14,831 nucleotides of DNA from NCBI GenBank assembly GCA_016866645.1, contig VGLX01000010.1, forward strand, positions 1 through 14,831. The letters are read 5' to 3'. The position numbers and the translations under genes are program-made. The DNA is from Candidatus Woesearchaeota archaeon (GTDB lineage Archaea; Nanobdellota; Nanobdellia; SCGC-AAA011-G17; VGLX01). Of this stretch, positions 1-7,238 are shown piece after piece. Under the pieces are notes generated by a model that had not been told where the DNA came from, did not search any database, and worked only from the letters and a program-made list of their open reading frames with translations. The stretch's first letter is position 1. Every line of letters starts with the position of its first letter.

Positions 1-324
1 TTTTAGCGCTTTGTTGATCACTCTTACAGTGCCCTTGTAATCATTCGCCCATACCTCTTGATCTCTTCCTATAACCCTGTTGACTCCGACTTCTGCAGCG
101 AGGTGGTAGACTGTCTCTATGTTTCGCATTGCCTGCTCCAGTTTTACTTCGTCAAGTATCGATGCTTGGCAGAACTCTATTTTGTCGATAACTTTTTCTA
201 AGTTTTTCATATTTCCTGTTCGAAGGTCGTCCATCACTCTGACGTTGTACCCTTCTTCGACTAGCTGCTCTACTATATACGATCCTACAAATCCTGCTCC
301 ACCTGTTACTAATACGTTGCTCAT
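1..324 (-). CDS. NAD-dependent sugar epimerase/dehydratase (extended SDR); N-terminal 108 aa only, continues past window start
   Basis: Absent from the supplied ORF track because it runs off the window. My reverse-complement translation from the ATG at 324-322 reads MSNVLVTGGAGFVGSYIVEQLVEEGYNVRVMDDLRTGN...TVYHLAAEVGVN.... It has the TGGAGFVGS Rossmann glycine motif plus the DDLxTG and HLAA motifs typical of UDP-sugar 4-epimerase / 4,6-dehydratase enzymes. Its ATG overlaps the TGA stop (323-321) of the upstream glycosyltransferase as ATGA, suggesting translational coupling. Confidence 0.85.
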   Translation of the reverse strand, partial: MSNVLVTGGAGFVGSYIVEQLVEEGYNVRVMDDLRTGNMKNLEKVIDKIEFCQASILDEVKLEQAMRNIETVYHLAAEVGVNRVIGRDQEVWANDYKGTVRVINKALK

Positions 325-1631
325 TGTTTATTTTTCTTCCTCTGTTTAAAGTTGAGCCTTCTTCCTATTTGTTTCGCGTAACCTACGGTTTTTGGTCCGA
401 TAAGGTGTGCTAGGTCATAGAGAGGTAACAACGCTTCTGCTGCCCAGTCGAATTTCTCTTCTTTGTCTTTTATCATGTATGAAGCTAACGTGCTAATTCC
501 CGAGTATGTCAGGAAGAATGTTGCTAACATAGAAGGGTTTGATAGCAGCGCTGGCATCGTGGCCAGTTTTACAGGATGCATGTAGATATCCCTTAGGGTT
601 TGTACCCTTAAGGCTATGCCTCCTGCGTCGTAGTTCGGCTTCCATTTGTTGTCTTCTTTTCTGAAAGCGTTTTCGATGTATTTTGAATCGTAAGTGTAGT
701 TGGATATGAACTGGGCCCATTTGTCCCTTTGGCTGAAAAGTTTCTTCATGGTGTTAGGCGCTTCTGTGTCGATTACCAGGCTGTTGTTATAGCCTATCTT
801 TGCTTTCTTGGCTAGCAGCCTTAGAGTTATCTCGGTGTCTTCTCCTCCGCCGTAAATTTTCATCTCGTCTAGCGCTTGTTTTAGCATTTCTGGTTTGAAT
901 ATTCCGAAAGCGCCTGATACGCAGAGCTGTGAAGCTTGCTTCAGTGAGTATTTTCCTTTCATGTCATCCATGTCGTTCGGTATGTTGTTGTTGTGCTTTT
1001 CCAAAGAGTACATCGATCCTCTTCCTATTCGCATAGCCTGCTTGTATTCAGTCATTTGTATACGCTCTAGCAGGGTGGAGTCTTTGTCTATTTTCGGCAG
1101 GACTTGCCCAGCCATAGCGTCGAGTTTGAAGAAGTCCATCTCAGCCATCGCAAGCTCTAAGTCGCTCAGGCTGTTGTTGATGTAGCAGTCAGAGTCTAGG
1201 CATATTACATATTTTTTCCCTCTTTCTAGCCATTTCTCTACGCCTTTTCTCTGTGCTCTTACCTTTCTAACATCTTTTTCTTCCTTGGTTATGTCCAGTG
1301 TCTCGAGGTCGTATTTCTTTGCTATGTTCCTTGTTTCATTATTGTCATTTGAGAAGTCATCTACTGTGATTATCTCGGTTTTTGGGACTTTAACTCTTGT
1401 TATTAGGTCTTCTAAGCATTTGTCTGATTCTCCAGGGTTCTTGTAGAGGGGCAATACGAATCCGTATTCTGGCTTTTCATGCTTGAACTTGCTTAGCTCT
1501 TCCCTGAATTCCTTGAACATCTTATTGTTCTTTCTGTAGAGGTAAGTCCTTGTCGCTACGTCTATGCCGTCTCCCACCAAGGCTATTCCTGCTGTTATTG
1601 CTAAGTACAATGGCAATTGGTCTGTTATCAT
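321..1631 (-). CDS. Membrane-integrated processive family-2 glycosyltransferase (cellulose/chitin/PNAG-synthase-like)
   Basis: 436-aa ORF. It carries the GT2 signatures ITVDDFSNDNN, ICLDSDCY (DxD), GGGEDTEITLRL (ED) and FSQRDKWAQ (QxxRW, the hallmark of processive beta-glycan synthases). There is an N-terminal hydrophobic helix (LPLYLAITAGIALVG) and C-terminal hydrophobic helices (ATMPALLSNPSMLATFFLTYSGISTLASYMI). A GGAGG sequence (rc of 1639-1643) sits 7 nt upstream of the ATG. Confidence 0.85.
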   Translation of the reverse strand: MITDQLPLYLAITAGIALVGDGIDVATRTYLYRKNNKMFKEFREELSKFKHEKPEYGFVLPLYKNPGESDKCLEDLITRVKVPKTEIITVDDFSNDNNETRNIAKKYDLETLDITKEEKDVRKVRAQRKGVEKWLERGKKYVICLDSDCYINNSLSDLELAMAEMDFFKLDAMAGQVLPKIDKDSTLLERIQMTEYKQAMRIGRGSMYSLEKHNNNIPNDMDDMKGKYSLKQASQLCVSGAFGIFKPEMLKQALDEMKIYGGGEDTEITLRLLAKKAKIGYNNSLVIDTEAPNTMKKLFSQRDKWAQFISNYTYDSKYIENAFRKEDNKWKPNYDAGGIALRVQTLRDIYMHPVKLATMPALLSNPSMLATFFLTYSGISTLASYMIKDKEEKFDWAAEALLPLYDLAHLIGPKTVGYAKQIGRRLNFKQRKKNKQ

Positions 1632-1632
1632 T

Positions 1633-2460
1633 TTAGAACCTCCATGTCAGCCCTACGCCGACTGTGTGGTTTTTTGATTTTCCTTGGTTATAGTCATAGC
1701 CTACGTTTACTTTTACTTTTTCGCTGAGCTTGTAAGAGAGTCCTGCTCCGGCATTCACCGCTGTCTCGTCGCTTTTGCCCGATTCTTTCCCAACTCCGAC
1801 GTAAGCTTTTCCGCTTAGTTTCTTGTTGAACTCATGATTCCCTGATACGTAACCCATGGTTGTGTTAGTATCCTTAATAGATTCTCTCCAGTGGGTCCCT
1901 TTGACGTCTATCCAGTCCTTGTCGCCAAGGTAGTATCTTAACCCTAGGTTTGTTGAGTAGTCTTTGTCTCCGTTGGTTAATGCTGAGCCTTTAACATCAC
2001 CTATTATCGTTACTGGTTTTTTTATTATGTATTCTCCGTTTACTCCTAGTCCAAATGAAGCGACGTTTTTGTTCCCAAATTCTCTTATTGGGTCGACATC
2101 GTCTTTGACTTCTAAACGTCCGGATAAGTATAAGTCCTCGCTCATCTTCTTCCCTACTTCGAGTTTGATAGTTTCGTCGTTTCCTCTTGCTTTTTTTCCA
2201 TCTATCTTTCCGAAGTGGTCTGCGTGGCTTCCTTGGATGTTTATGTTGAAATCGTTCTTTTTCATGTTTAAGTCTATTATTTCTTTTATAGAAGTCACGT
2301 TAGAATCTGGCCCCTGCCTGGATGTAACTTCGACTTGTGCTCCAACGGATTCGAATTCTATAAACTTCTTGTCTTCTGCCCTCGCGAGCATAGAGTATCC
2401 GAAGATTGTTGCAACTGCTGTTAAGGTTGCTATTCCTGTTTTTATCTTGTTGAGTTTCAT
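1633..2460 (-). CDS. Secreted beta-strand-rich protein with outer-membrane beta-barrel-like signature (function unknown)
   Basis: 275 aa. The signal peptide MKLNKIKTGIATLTAVATIFGYSMLARA|EDKK has an AxA cleavage motif. About 13 short amphipathic alternating segments follow, e.g. ASFGLGVNGEYII, YSTNLGLRYYLG, KAYVGVGKES, AGAGLSYKLS, VKVNVGYDYN. The C-terminus HTVGVGLTWRF ends in Phe, like the bacterial OMP beta-signal. Its stop codon is 1 nt from the glycosyltransferase start. Confidence 0.6.
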   Translation of the reverse strand: MKLNKIKTGIATLTAVATIFGYSMLARAEDKKFIEFESVGAQVEVTSRQGPDSNVTSIKEIIDLNMKKNDFNINIQGSHADHFGKIDGKKARGNDETIKLEVGKKMSEDLYLSGRLEVKDDVDPIREFGNKNVASFGLGVNGEYIIKKPVTIIGDVKGSALTNGDKDYSTNLGLRYYLGDKDWIDVKGTHWRESIKDTNTTMGYVSGNHEFNKKLSGKAYVGVGKESGKSDETAVNAGAGLSYKLSEKVKVNVGYDYNQGKSKNHTVGVGLTWRF

Positions 2461-2468
2461 AGTTTTGT

Positions 2469-2843
2469 TTATGCTATTACGAACGCTTCATAGTATCTAT
2501 GGTTTAGTGATCCGTTGTCGCCGCTTGGGCATGGGACGGATTCGAATAATCTTCCTTCAGGTGAGATGTAGAATGTCCTTCCTCCTTCTTGGATTATCCT
2601 GTCAAATTCTATGGTTTTGTTTTTTATTCTTTCCTTGAGGGAGTATACAAGAGTGTCTTTCTCATTTTTCGTTTTGTTGTCATAAACGTTTTTTTCACCG
2701 CAGCCGCAGTCGTCTGCTATGACAGTTTCGATGCCACTTTTTGGCTTTTGGGTGATATCTTGTGCGTATGCAGCGTAGGTTATGTAAAGACCTGTTATAA
2801 TCCCTAATCCTATGCTTGTTATTTTAGATAGTTTTTTGTTCAT
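2469..2843 (-). CDS. Small secreted or membrane-anchored protein, unknown function
   Basis: I prefer the ATG at 2843 (MNKKLSKITSIGLGIITGLYITYAAYAQD...) over the track start at 2879. It gives an N-terminal hydrophobic signal or anchor and lies 2 nt after the upstream stop. The longer form would overlap the upstream gene by 34 nt. The mature part contains Cys residues (DDCGCGEKN, VPCPSGD). Confidence 0.65.
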   Translation of the reverse strand: MNKKLSKITSIGLGIITGLYITYAAYAQDITQKPKSGIETVIADDCGCGEKNVYDNKTKNEKDTLVYSLKERIKNKTIEFDRIIQEGGRTFYISPEGRLFESVPCPSGDNGSLNHRYYEAFVIA

Positions 2844-2845
2844 TT

Positions 2846-3181
2846 TTACCACCAGTAGTCCTCTAGCATACGATTCCAATAGTATAATTCCGTAGCTTTC
2901 TTTCTGTTTTCTTCATTTATTTTCTTGGTTTCTTTTAGTCTTGATTCTATGTTGTCTATTTCTTTCATCAGTTTAGGTATTCTTTCAGGCTCTATTTTCG
3001 TATAGTGTTCTTGTACGATGTTTCTTAGTCTGTCACAAAGATAGCTGTTTGCTGCTAACAGCCTTTCATCAGGTGTTTTTCTGTATTGCTTTTGTACATA
3101 GGCTAGTACGATGCATGGTATTGTTGCTTGGGCCATGTATTTTAAGGATTCAACTGGTTTTTTTATTGCTGGTATTTTCAT
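2846..3181 (-). CDS. Small charged, probably helical hypothetical protein; first gene of the glycan operon
   Basis: 111-aa ORF with charged, heptad-like C-terminal half (KLMKEIDNIESRLKETKKINEENRKKATEL). The N-terminus MKIPAIKKPVESL partly matches the MK[ILV]P..F.P...L peptide of the four genes at 6415-9209. A G-rich tract (GGGGGG) lies 5 nt upstream of the ATG. Confidence 0.65.
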   Translation of the reverse strand: MKIPAIKKPVESLKYMAQATIPCIVLAYVQKQYRKTPDERLLAANSYLCDRLRNIVQEHYTKIEPERIPKLMKEIDNIESRLKETKKINEENRKKATELYYWNRMLEDYWW

Positions 3182-3237
3182 TTTATCCCCCCTATGTTTA
3201 TTGTATTATTTATTGTATTATTTTCTGGAGTTACTGA

Positions 3238-3252
3238 TATATAAACCTTTTG
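3238..3252 (-). promoter_or_regulatory. BRE/TATA-like promoter core CAAAAGGTTTATATA (minus strand) upstream of the 3181 operon
   Basis: Read on the minus strand this is AAA-NN-TTTATATA, the archaeal BRE+TATA pattern. The 15-mer is identical to the one at 12657-12671. It lies 56 nt from the ATG at 3181. A weaker proximal TATA-like ATAAATAA (rc of 3206-3213) sits 24 nt from the ATG, so the box actually used is unresolved. Confidence 0.45.
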
Positions 3253-3292
3253 TTTTGTAACCACTATATGATAGTAACTAAATAATGTACTG

Positions 3293-3300
3293 TTTTAAAA
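3293..3300 (+). promoter_or_regulatory. TATA-like box TTTTAAAA for the methyltransferase gene
   Basis: Lies 23 nt upstream of the ATG at 3324, the same spacing as four other genes in the window (leaderless geometry). Confidence 0.45.
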
Positions 3301-3323
3301 GCCACAAAACCACAAACACCAAG

Positions 3324-3785
3324 ATGAACTATTACGATAACATCGCCAAAAGCTACAACGAGCTACACGAAGAGGAACAAAAGAAAAAATTGGATATAAT
3401 ATCTAAAGAATTAAAGCCAAAAGGTACGATACTGGATATAGGCGCTGGCACAGGAATCTCTGCCAAATACTTCAAAAATATCGCACTTCTAGACCAGTCT
3501 ATAGAGATGCTGAAACAATCAAAAGGGCTAAGAATCGTGGGCAAGGCAGAAAGCCTGCCGTTCAAAGACAAAACATTCAATAATATAATATCCATAACCA
3601 GCCTGCACCATACAAACATAAAACGAGCGATAAAAGAGATAAAACGAATAAGCAAGAAAAACTGCAAGTATAGTTTTAGCATCCTTAAAAGGGCGCAGAA
3701 ATACTCGCTAATCAAGCAAGAGCTTCAAAACAGTTTTAACCTAAGGGAAATAGACGAAGAAAAGGATATTATACTGATAAGCTGA
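3324..3785 (+). CDS. Class I SAM-dependent methyltransferase (Methyltransf_11-like)
   Basis: The ILDIGAGTGISAKYF motif I (GxGxG) is followed by the LPFKDKTFNNIISITSLHH region. I chose the start at 3324 (MNYYDNIAKSYNELH, a typical N-terminus for this family) rather than the track start at 3285, because a TATA-like box lies 23 nt upstream of 3324. Confidence 0.85.
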   Translation: MNYYDNIAKSYNELHEEEQKKKLDIISKELKPKGTILDIGAGTGISAKYFKNIALLDQSIEMLKQSKGLRIVGKAESLPFKDKTFNNIISITSLHHTNIKRAIKEIKRISKKNCKYSFSILKRAQKYSLIKQELQNSFNLREIDEEKDIILIS

Positions 3786-3800
3786 TACCCTAGAAAGCAG

Positions 3801-3812
3801 AAAAGTTTAAAA
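3801..3812 (+). promoter_or_regulatory. BRE/TATA-like element AAAAGTTTAAAA
   Basis: Lies 24 nt upstream of the ATG at 3837, which is leaderless geometry. It matches the AAA-NN-TTTA(W) pattern seen at the other promoters in the window. Confidence 0.5.
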
Positions 3813-3836
3813 CTCTAAACTTCTTAAACAGAAGAT

Positions 3837-4442
3837 ATGCAATCACCAACAGACGCGGCCAAATCATACAGCGGAGCCGACATACTCCGCAAAGGACTCG
3901 ACCTAAGCCAGTCAAAAGATCCTAACGTATCAACAGCTGAATCAAAAACAGGCGTTTTCTATGACGGAATATACATCAAAAGGAGAAAAGACTTAGAAAA
4001 GCTGGATGACAACGGCAAATACCGCTCATTCACCATAGAGTTCAGGCTTAAGACCAAGAAAAAAAGCGAAGACGTCTTCAACGAATACATACCTTTGTCC
4101 ACCAGGAAGATAGAAGCAGAAATATCCAAAGAAGGATTTGAAGTTTTAAAAGAGCAAAAAGGCACAAGGATATCCTTTACGTTCATCAAAAAAGGGTTCT
4201 TCTCAAAAACCAACATAGGCACGCTTATCTATTCATGCAACGACACAGTCCACGGAGTAAAATTCTCTAAATCATTAACCTTCTTGGAAGGAAGGCATAT
4301 CAACGGATATTATATCCGTGAGACTTACCAAGACTTGAAAGACGAGCTAGACCTGATAGTCTCAGCTAGGAAACGTAAAGAAAAACCTCAAGAAAAAGAT
4401 ATCAAAAAACCTGTTATCCCGTCGGTGATTAAAAGGGTATAG
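3837..4442 (+). CDS. Hypothetical protein, 201 aa, Lys-rich, no recognisable motif
   Basis: A long ORF with a promoter-like element at the canonical distance. I see no signal peptide and no family signature. Confidence 0.65.
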   Translation: MQSPTDAAKSYSGADILRKGLDLSQSKDPNVSTAESKTGVFYDGIYIKRRKDLEKLDDNGKYRSFTIEFRLKTKKKSEDVFNEYIPLSTRKIEAEISKEGFEVLKEQKGTRISFTFIKKGFFSKTNIGTLIYSCNDTVHGVKFSKSLTFLEGRHINGYYIRETYQDLKDELDLIVSARKRKEKPQEKDIKKPVIPSVIKRV

Positions 4443-4455
4443 GACAATAAAATTG

Positions 4456-6336
4456 TTAACCAAACATGTTGAAGAGGCCTTTGCCTTTGCCGTCGTCTTT
4501 CTTCCTTTCTTCGTATCTTTTAGCGCGGTAAGGCTCTGAAGCGTAATAATGCTTGACTTCCCTCTCTTTCTCCTCAGTCTCTCTGACGCTCCTAAGCATC
4601 CTTGACCTGAAGTCCTCTATGCTTTCTTCTGTAGAAGAGAATGTGGATTTTCTTGGGCTGTTCTCCTTTAATGCTCTAAGCTCTTTAAGCATGGTCTCAC
4701 CTTCCCTCTTATTCTTGCACATCGCTACTTCAGCGTTCCTTAAATGCTCTTTCTTAAAAATAGTCAAGTAAATCAGGGTGGTTATTATGAGCGCTAATAA
4801 TGCTGAGTATATTATATTCAAAGAAGTTTTGTTCTTGCCTAGGACGATTATGTTATCAAACTGGTTAGGCATCACCGCGTTGCCGGTGACTGCTATCATA
4901 TACTCCCCGGCAGGTGCTTCTTGAGTAAGATCCACTACTAACACTGCCCCCGGTTTCAGTGAAACTTCTTTCTTTAGCGTGAACTCTCCATTGTTAAGGC
5001 TTACATCTACAGCTTCGTTATAATCAACATTGCCCGTGTTTAATATGTATAAGTTCTGACCTTCAAGCTGCACATCAACAGACTTGACTTTTTCTACTAT
5101 GAATTCCTGCCCAGTTGTCAAATCTGCGTAACTCGCCTTGAGCTTCCATGATCCTGGAATAGAATATTCTGGAAGAGGGATTATTATCTTGCCCTCAGAC
5201 TCGACGGACCCCAAGTATATCGACCTGCCGTTAGCATCTATCAGCTCTATTCTTAACTGGTCTATTATCTCATCACCTGCTTGGTCATACACATACGCAG
5301 CAGCTTCTAACACGTCTTTCGGCTTAAGCTCTGGTTGGAATACGTTAATCTTAATCTTAGTCGGTACTGCTTCGATGTTTATGCTCCTTTGAGTGCTTCC
5401 TTGGTTTCCGCTTTGGTCTTCATTGAAAAAGAACCTCAAAACATGAGTCCCTGTCTCAATATCTGCAGGTATCCTTAATTCGTATAAGAACTTACCGTCC
5501 CTTATCATAGCAGTGTAAGCCTCAGTGCCTAGCTTAATCTGCAGGACACCTTCTTTCATAGGCTCTCCAGATAATGTGTTGACTTCCCCGAGTATCTGTA
5601 ACAAGTCTCCTGGCAGGATTTTAGACTGCAGCGGCTCTACGAACACGTGCACTTGGTCTACGATGCTGAACATGGCAACATTTTCGAAAAGCTTCTTATT
5701 TCCGAAAACGTCAGTTACTAAAACGTCAACTGTGTAGTCTCCAGGGATGTTCCCCATGACAGTGTAGTAATACTTCAACTTGCCCTGGCTTACTGCTACG
5801 TCTTTGGCATAGTAAGTCTTTTCATCAGTCTTGAAATAGACCGTTGCTAGACCGTTTATCTGGGCACCAGTTTCTTTCATGCTCGTAAGATAACCGTAAA
5901 GAGTCAAAGTGTTTCCTAACTGGAGCTGTAAAGGATTTACCTGGAAGTCACCGTATGCCTTAAGCTCATCAGTTACTATAAACCTGTTAGAAAAGACCTC
6001 ATCAACTATCACGCCATTCGAGACTAATGAAGCTTTTACTACGCAGTTGCCCTCAGCAGTCGAAGGGATGATAGCATCGTCTATAACGATTGGTTTAGCA
6101 GTTTTTGGGCTTAAGCTTATCTCCTTGGTAAAAATGTCAAAGCTTACCTTATCACATATCAGCCTGAACCTTAATATGCCGTCTTCTACTGTGACATCTT
6201 CCACTATCTTAGAGTCTATCAGCAAAGGCTCGCCTTTATTATAATATTTTCCAAATGTGTTTAGGTCTATCTTTGCAAGAACAGCCGGCATCAATAGCAC
6301 AGCTAATACTAGTAACAGCATTATCCTCCTTTTCAT
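4456..6336 (-). CDS. Large type-I surface protein with repeated beta-sandwich-like modules, C-terminal TM anchor and ~100-aa charged cytoplasmic tail
   Basis: I chose the start at 6336 (MKRRIMLLLVLAVLLMPAVLAK, a signal peptide) because a TATA-like box lies 24 nt upstream. Short motifs resembling those of Ig/CARDB-like domains recur: IPGDYTVDVLV, IPGSWKLKASY, APAGEYMIAVTG. The C-terminal TM is SLNIIYSALLALIITTLIYLTIF, followed by a K/E/R-rich tail. Confidence 0.75.
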   Translation of the reverse strand: MKRRIMLLLVLAVLLMPAVLAKIDLNTFGKYYNKGEPLLIDSKIVEDVTVEDGILRFRLICDKVSFDIFTKEISLSPKTAKPIVIDDAIIPSTAEGNCVVKASLVSNGVIVDEVFSNRFIVTDELKAYGDFQVNPLQLQLGNTLTLYGYLTSMKETGAQINGLATVYFKTDEKTYYAKDVAVSQGKLKYYYTVMGNIPGDYTVDVLVTDVFGNKKLFENVAMFSIVDQVHVFVEPLQSKILPGDLLQILGEVNTLSGEPMKEGVLQIKLGTEAYTAMIRDGKFLYELRIPADIETGTHVLRFFFNEDQSGNQGSTQRSINIEAVPTKIKINVFQPELKPKDVLEAAAYVYDQAGDEIIDQLRIELIDANGRSIYLGSVESEGKIIIPLPEYSIPGSWKLKASYADLTTGQEFIVEKVKSVDVQLEGQNLYILNTGNVDYNEAVDVSLNNGEFTLKKEVSLKPGAVLVVDLTQEAPAGEYMIAVTGNAVMPNQFDNIIVLGKNKTSLNIIYSALLALIITTLIYLTIFKKEHLRNAEVAMCKNKREGETMLKELRALKENSPRKSTFSSTEESIEDFRSRMLRSVRETEEKEREVKHYYASEPYRAKRYEERKKDDGKGKGLFNMFG

Positions 6337-6360
6337 TACTATAGTATAGTACATATTAAG

Positions 6361-6372
6361 TTTAAATAATTT
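6361..6372 (-). promoter_or_regulatory. TATA-like element AAATTATTTAAA (minus strand) for the surface-protein gene
   Basis: Lies 24 nt upstream of the ATG at 6336. It shares the 11-mer AAATTATTTAA with the element at 8045-8056. Confidence 0.45.
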
Positions 6373-6414
6373 ATGGAACTTAAGAATTCCGATTTTTTCT
6401 ACAGGAACAGAGGG

Positions 6415-7236
6415 TTATCTTGATTTCAACATCAGCTGGTTAGCCAGCCAAGCCGGTATAGGCTGAATGGCAGTTATCCCACGATAGCTATCAAAAGAGT
6501 ACCTTTCTTTCCATTCGATGCTCAAAAGCTTCTTCTTAAACCATCTACGCTTGGTCTCATAAACAGGGTAGTATTGGCCTGCGTCGTACAGCTTGTTGTT
6601 GAAGCTGAACATCGTGAAAGGTATGCCATCCCTCTTAGCTACCACCTTATTCGTTAAAGTGTCCCTTATCTTATTATCAGTAGCCCCATCATACAGGTTG
6701 CTGTCATGTGAGCACAAAGAGTACACCCATTCCTTCCGCTCAGCGACTGGTTTGTCTTCAAGCGTTTTCATAACCTGCTTATAACTGCCAGCGTCATAAA
6801 TCTCCCCGTTATGTGAGCATAATGCCTTAACCCACCCGTCCCTCTCAGCTATTACTTTACCATTGTCTGTTCGGTAGATCTTTTTCAGTCCACCGTCATA
6901 CATCACGCCGTCATGGACGCATAAAGAGCTTACCATATGCCCCCTCTTGGCTATTTGCTTGTTGTTCAAGGTGTCTATTACCTGGTTGTAATCCCCTGTG
7001 TCGAACAATAAGTTGTCATACAAACAGAACGCGTTGATATAATTCGCCCTCCTAGCTACGGTTACAGGCTTATCCATGTCAGGCATCCAGACCATGATGT
7101 CACTTATCCATCCTCCGTGCTCGACGTAACATAAAGCGATGGCTAGGCAAGTGGGCAAGTAAGGTTCTGAGTTGCTGAGCTCTTCGATCTTCTCGTCAAG
7201 CTCCTTCCCTGGCAGGAAGGTTTTAGGAAGTTTCAT
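6415..7236 (-). CDS. Tagged repeat protein D: N-terminal MKLPKTFLPGKELDEKIEEL peptide plus five ~35-aa repeats; paralogue of 7239-8021
   Basis: The track start at 7242 is TTG. The ATG at 7236 gives MKLPK..., which matches the three upstream genes, and lies 2 nt after the upstream TGA. The repeat core is xVAERxxWVxALCSHxGxLYDAGxYxxVxxTLxxK. The C-terminal ITAIQPIPAWLANQL resembles VTALEMIPVSLVKNL of the paralogue. Confidence 0.8.
   Translation of the reverse strand: MKLPKTFLPGKELDEKIEELSNSEPYLPTCLAIALCYVEHGGWISDIMVWMPDMDKPVTVARRANYINAFCLYDNLLFDTGDYNQVIDTLNNKQIAKRGHMVSSLCVHDGVMYDGGLKKIYRTDNGKVIAERDGWVKALCSHNGEIYDAGSYKQVMKTLEDKPVAERKEWVYSLCSHDSNLYDGATDNKIRDTLTNKVVAKRDGIPFTMFSFNNKLYDAGQYYPVYETKRRWFKKKLLSIEWKERYSFDSYRGITAIQPIPAWLANQLMLKSR
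6547..7068 (-). repeat. Five tandem intragenic ~35-aa repeats (protein level) in gene D
   Basis: The conserved Cys/Phe sits at residues 71, 106, 140, 175 and 210. The (Y/F)D(x)G motif sits at 78, 113, 147, 182 and 217. The period is therefore 34-35 residues. Confidence 0.7.
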
Positions 7237-7238
7237 TA

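Noticed and set aside
119-2638. Plus-strand ORFs 119-349, 895-1185 and 1964-2638, and minus-strand ORF 493-720
   Set aside because: These are antisense or off-frame shadows of the epimerase, GT2 and barrel genes. They have Ser/Leu/Phe-rich low-information sequences and no motifs. The same reasoning applies to the other short antisense ORFs in the track: 3353-3715, 3959-4222, 4553-4771, 5138-5392, 5525-5737, 5909-6244, 6593-6784, 7559-7846, 7828-8052, 8745-8942, 9010-9333, 9554-9766, 9791-9976, 10004-10507, 10776-10982, 13196-13381, 13598-13843 and 13653-13859.
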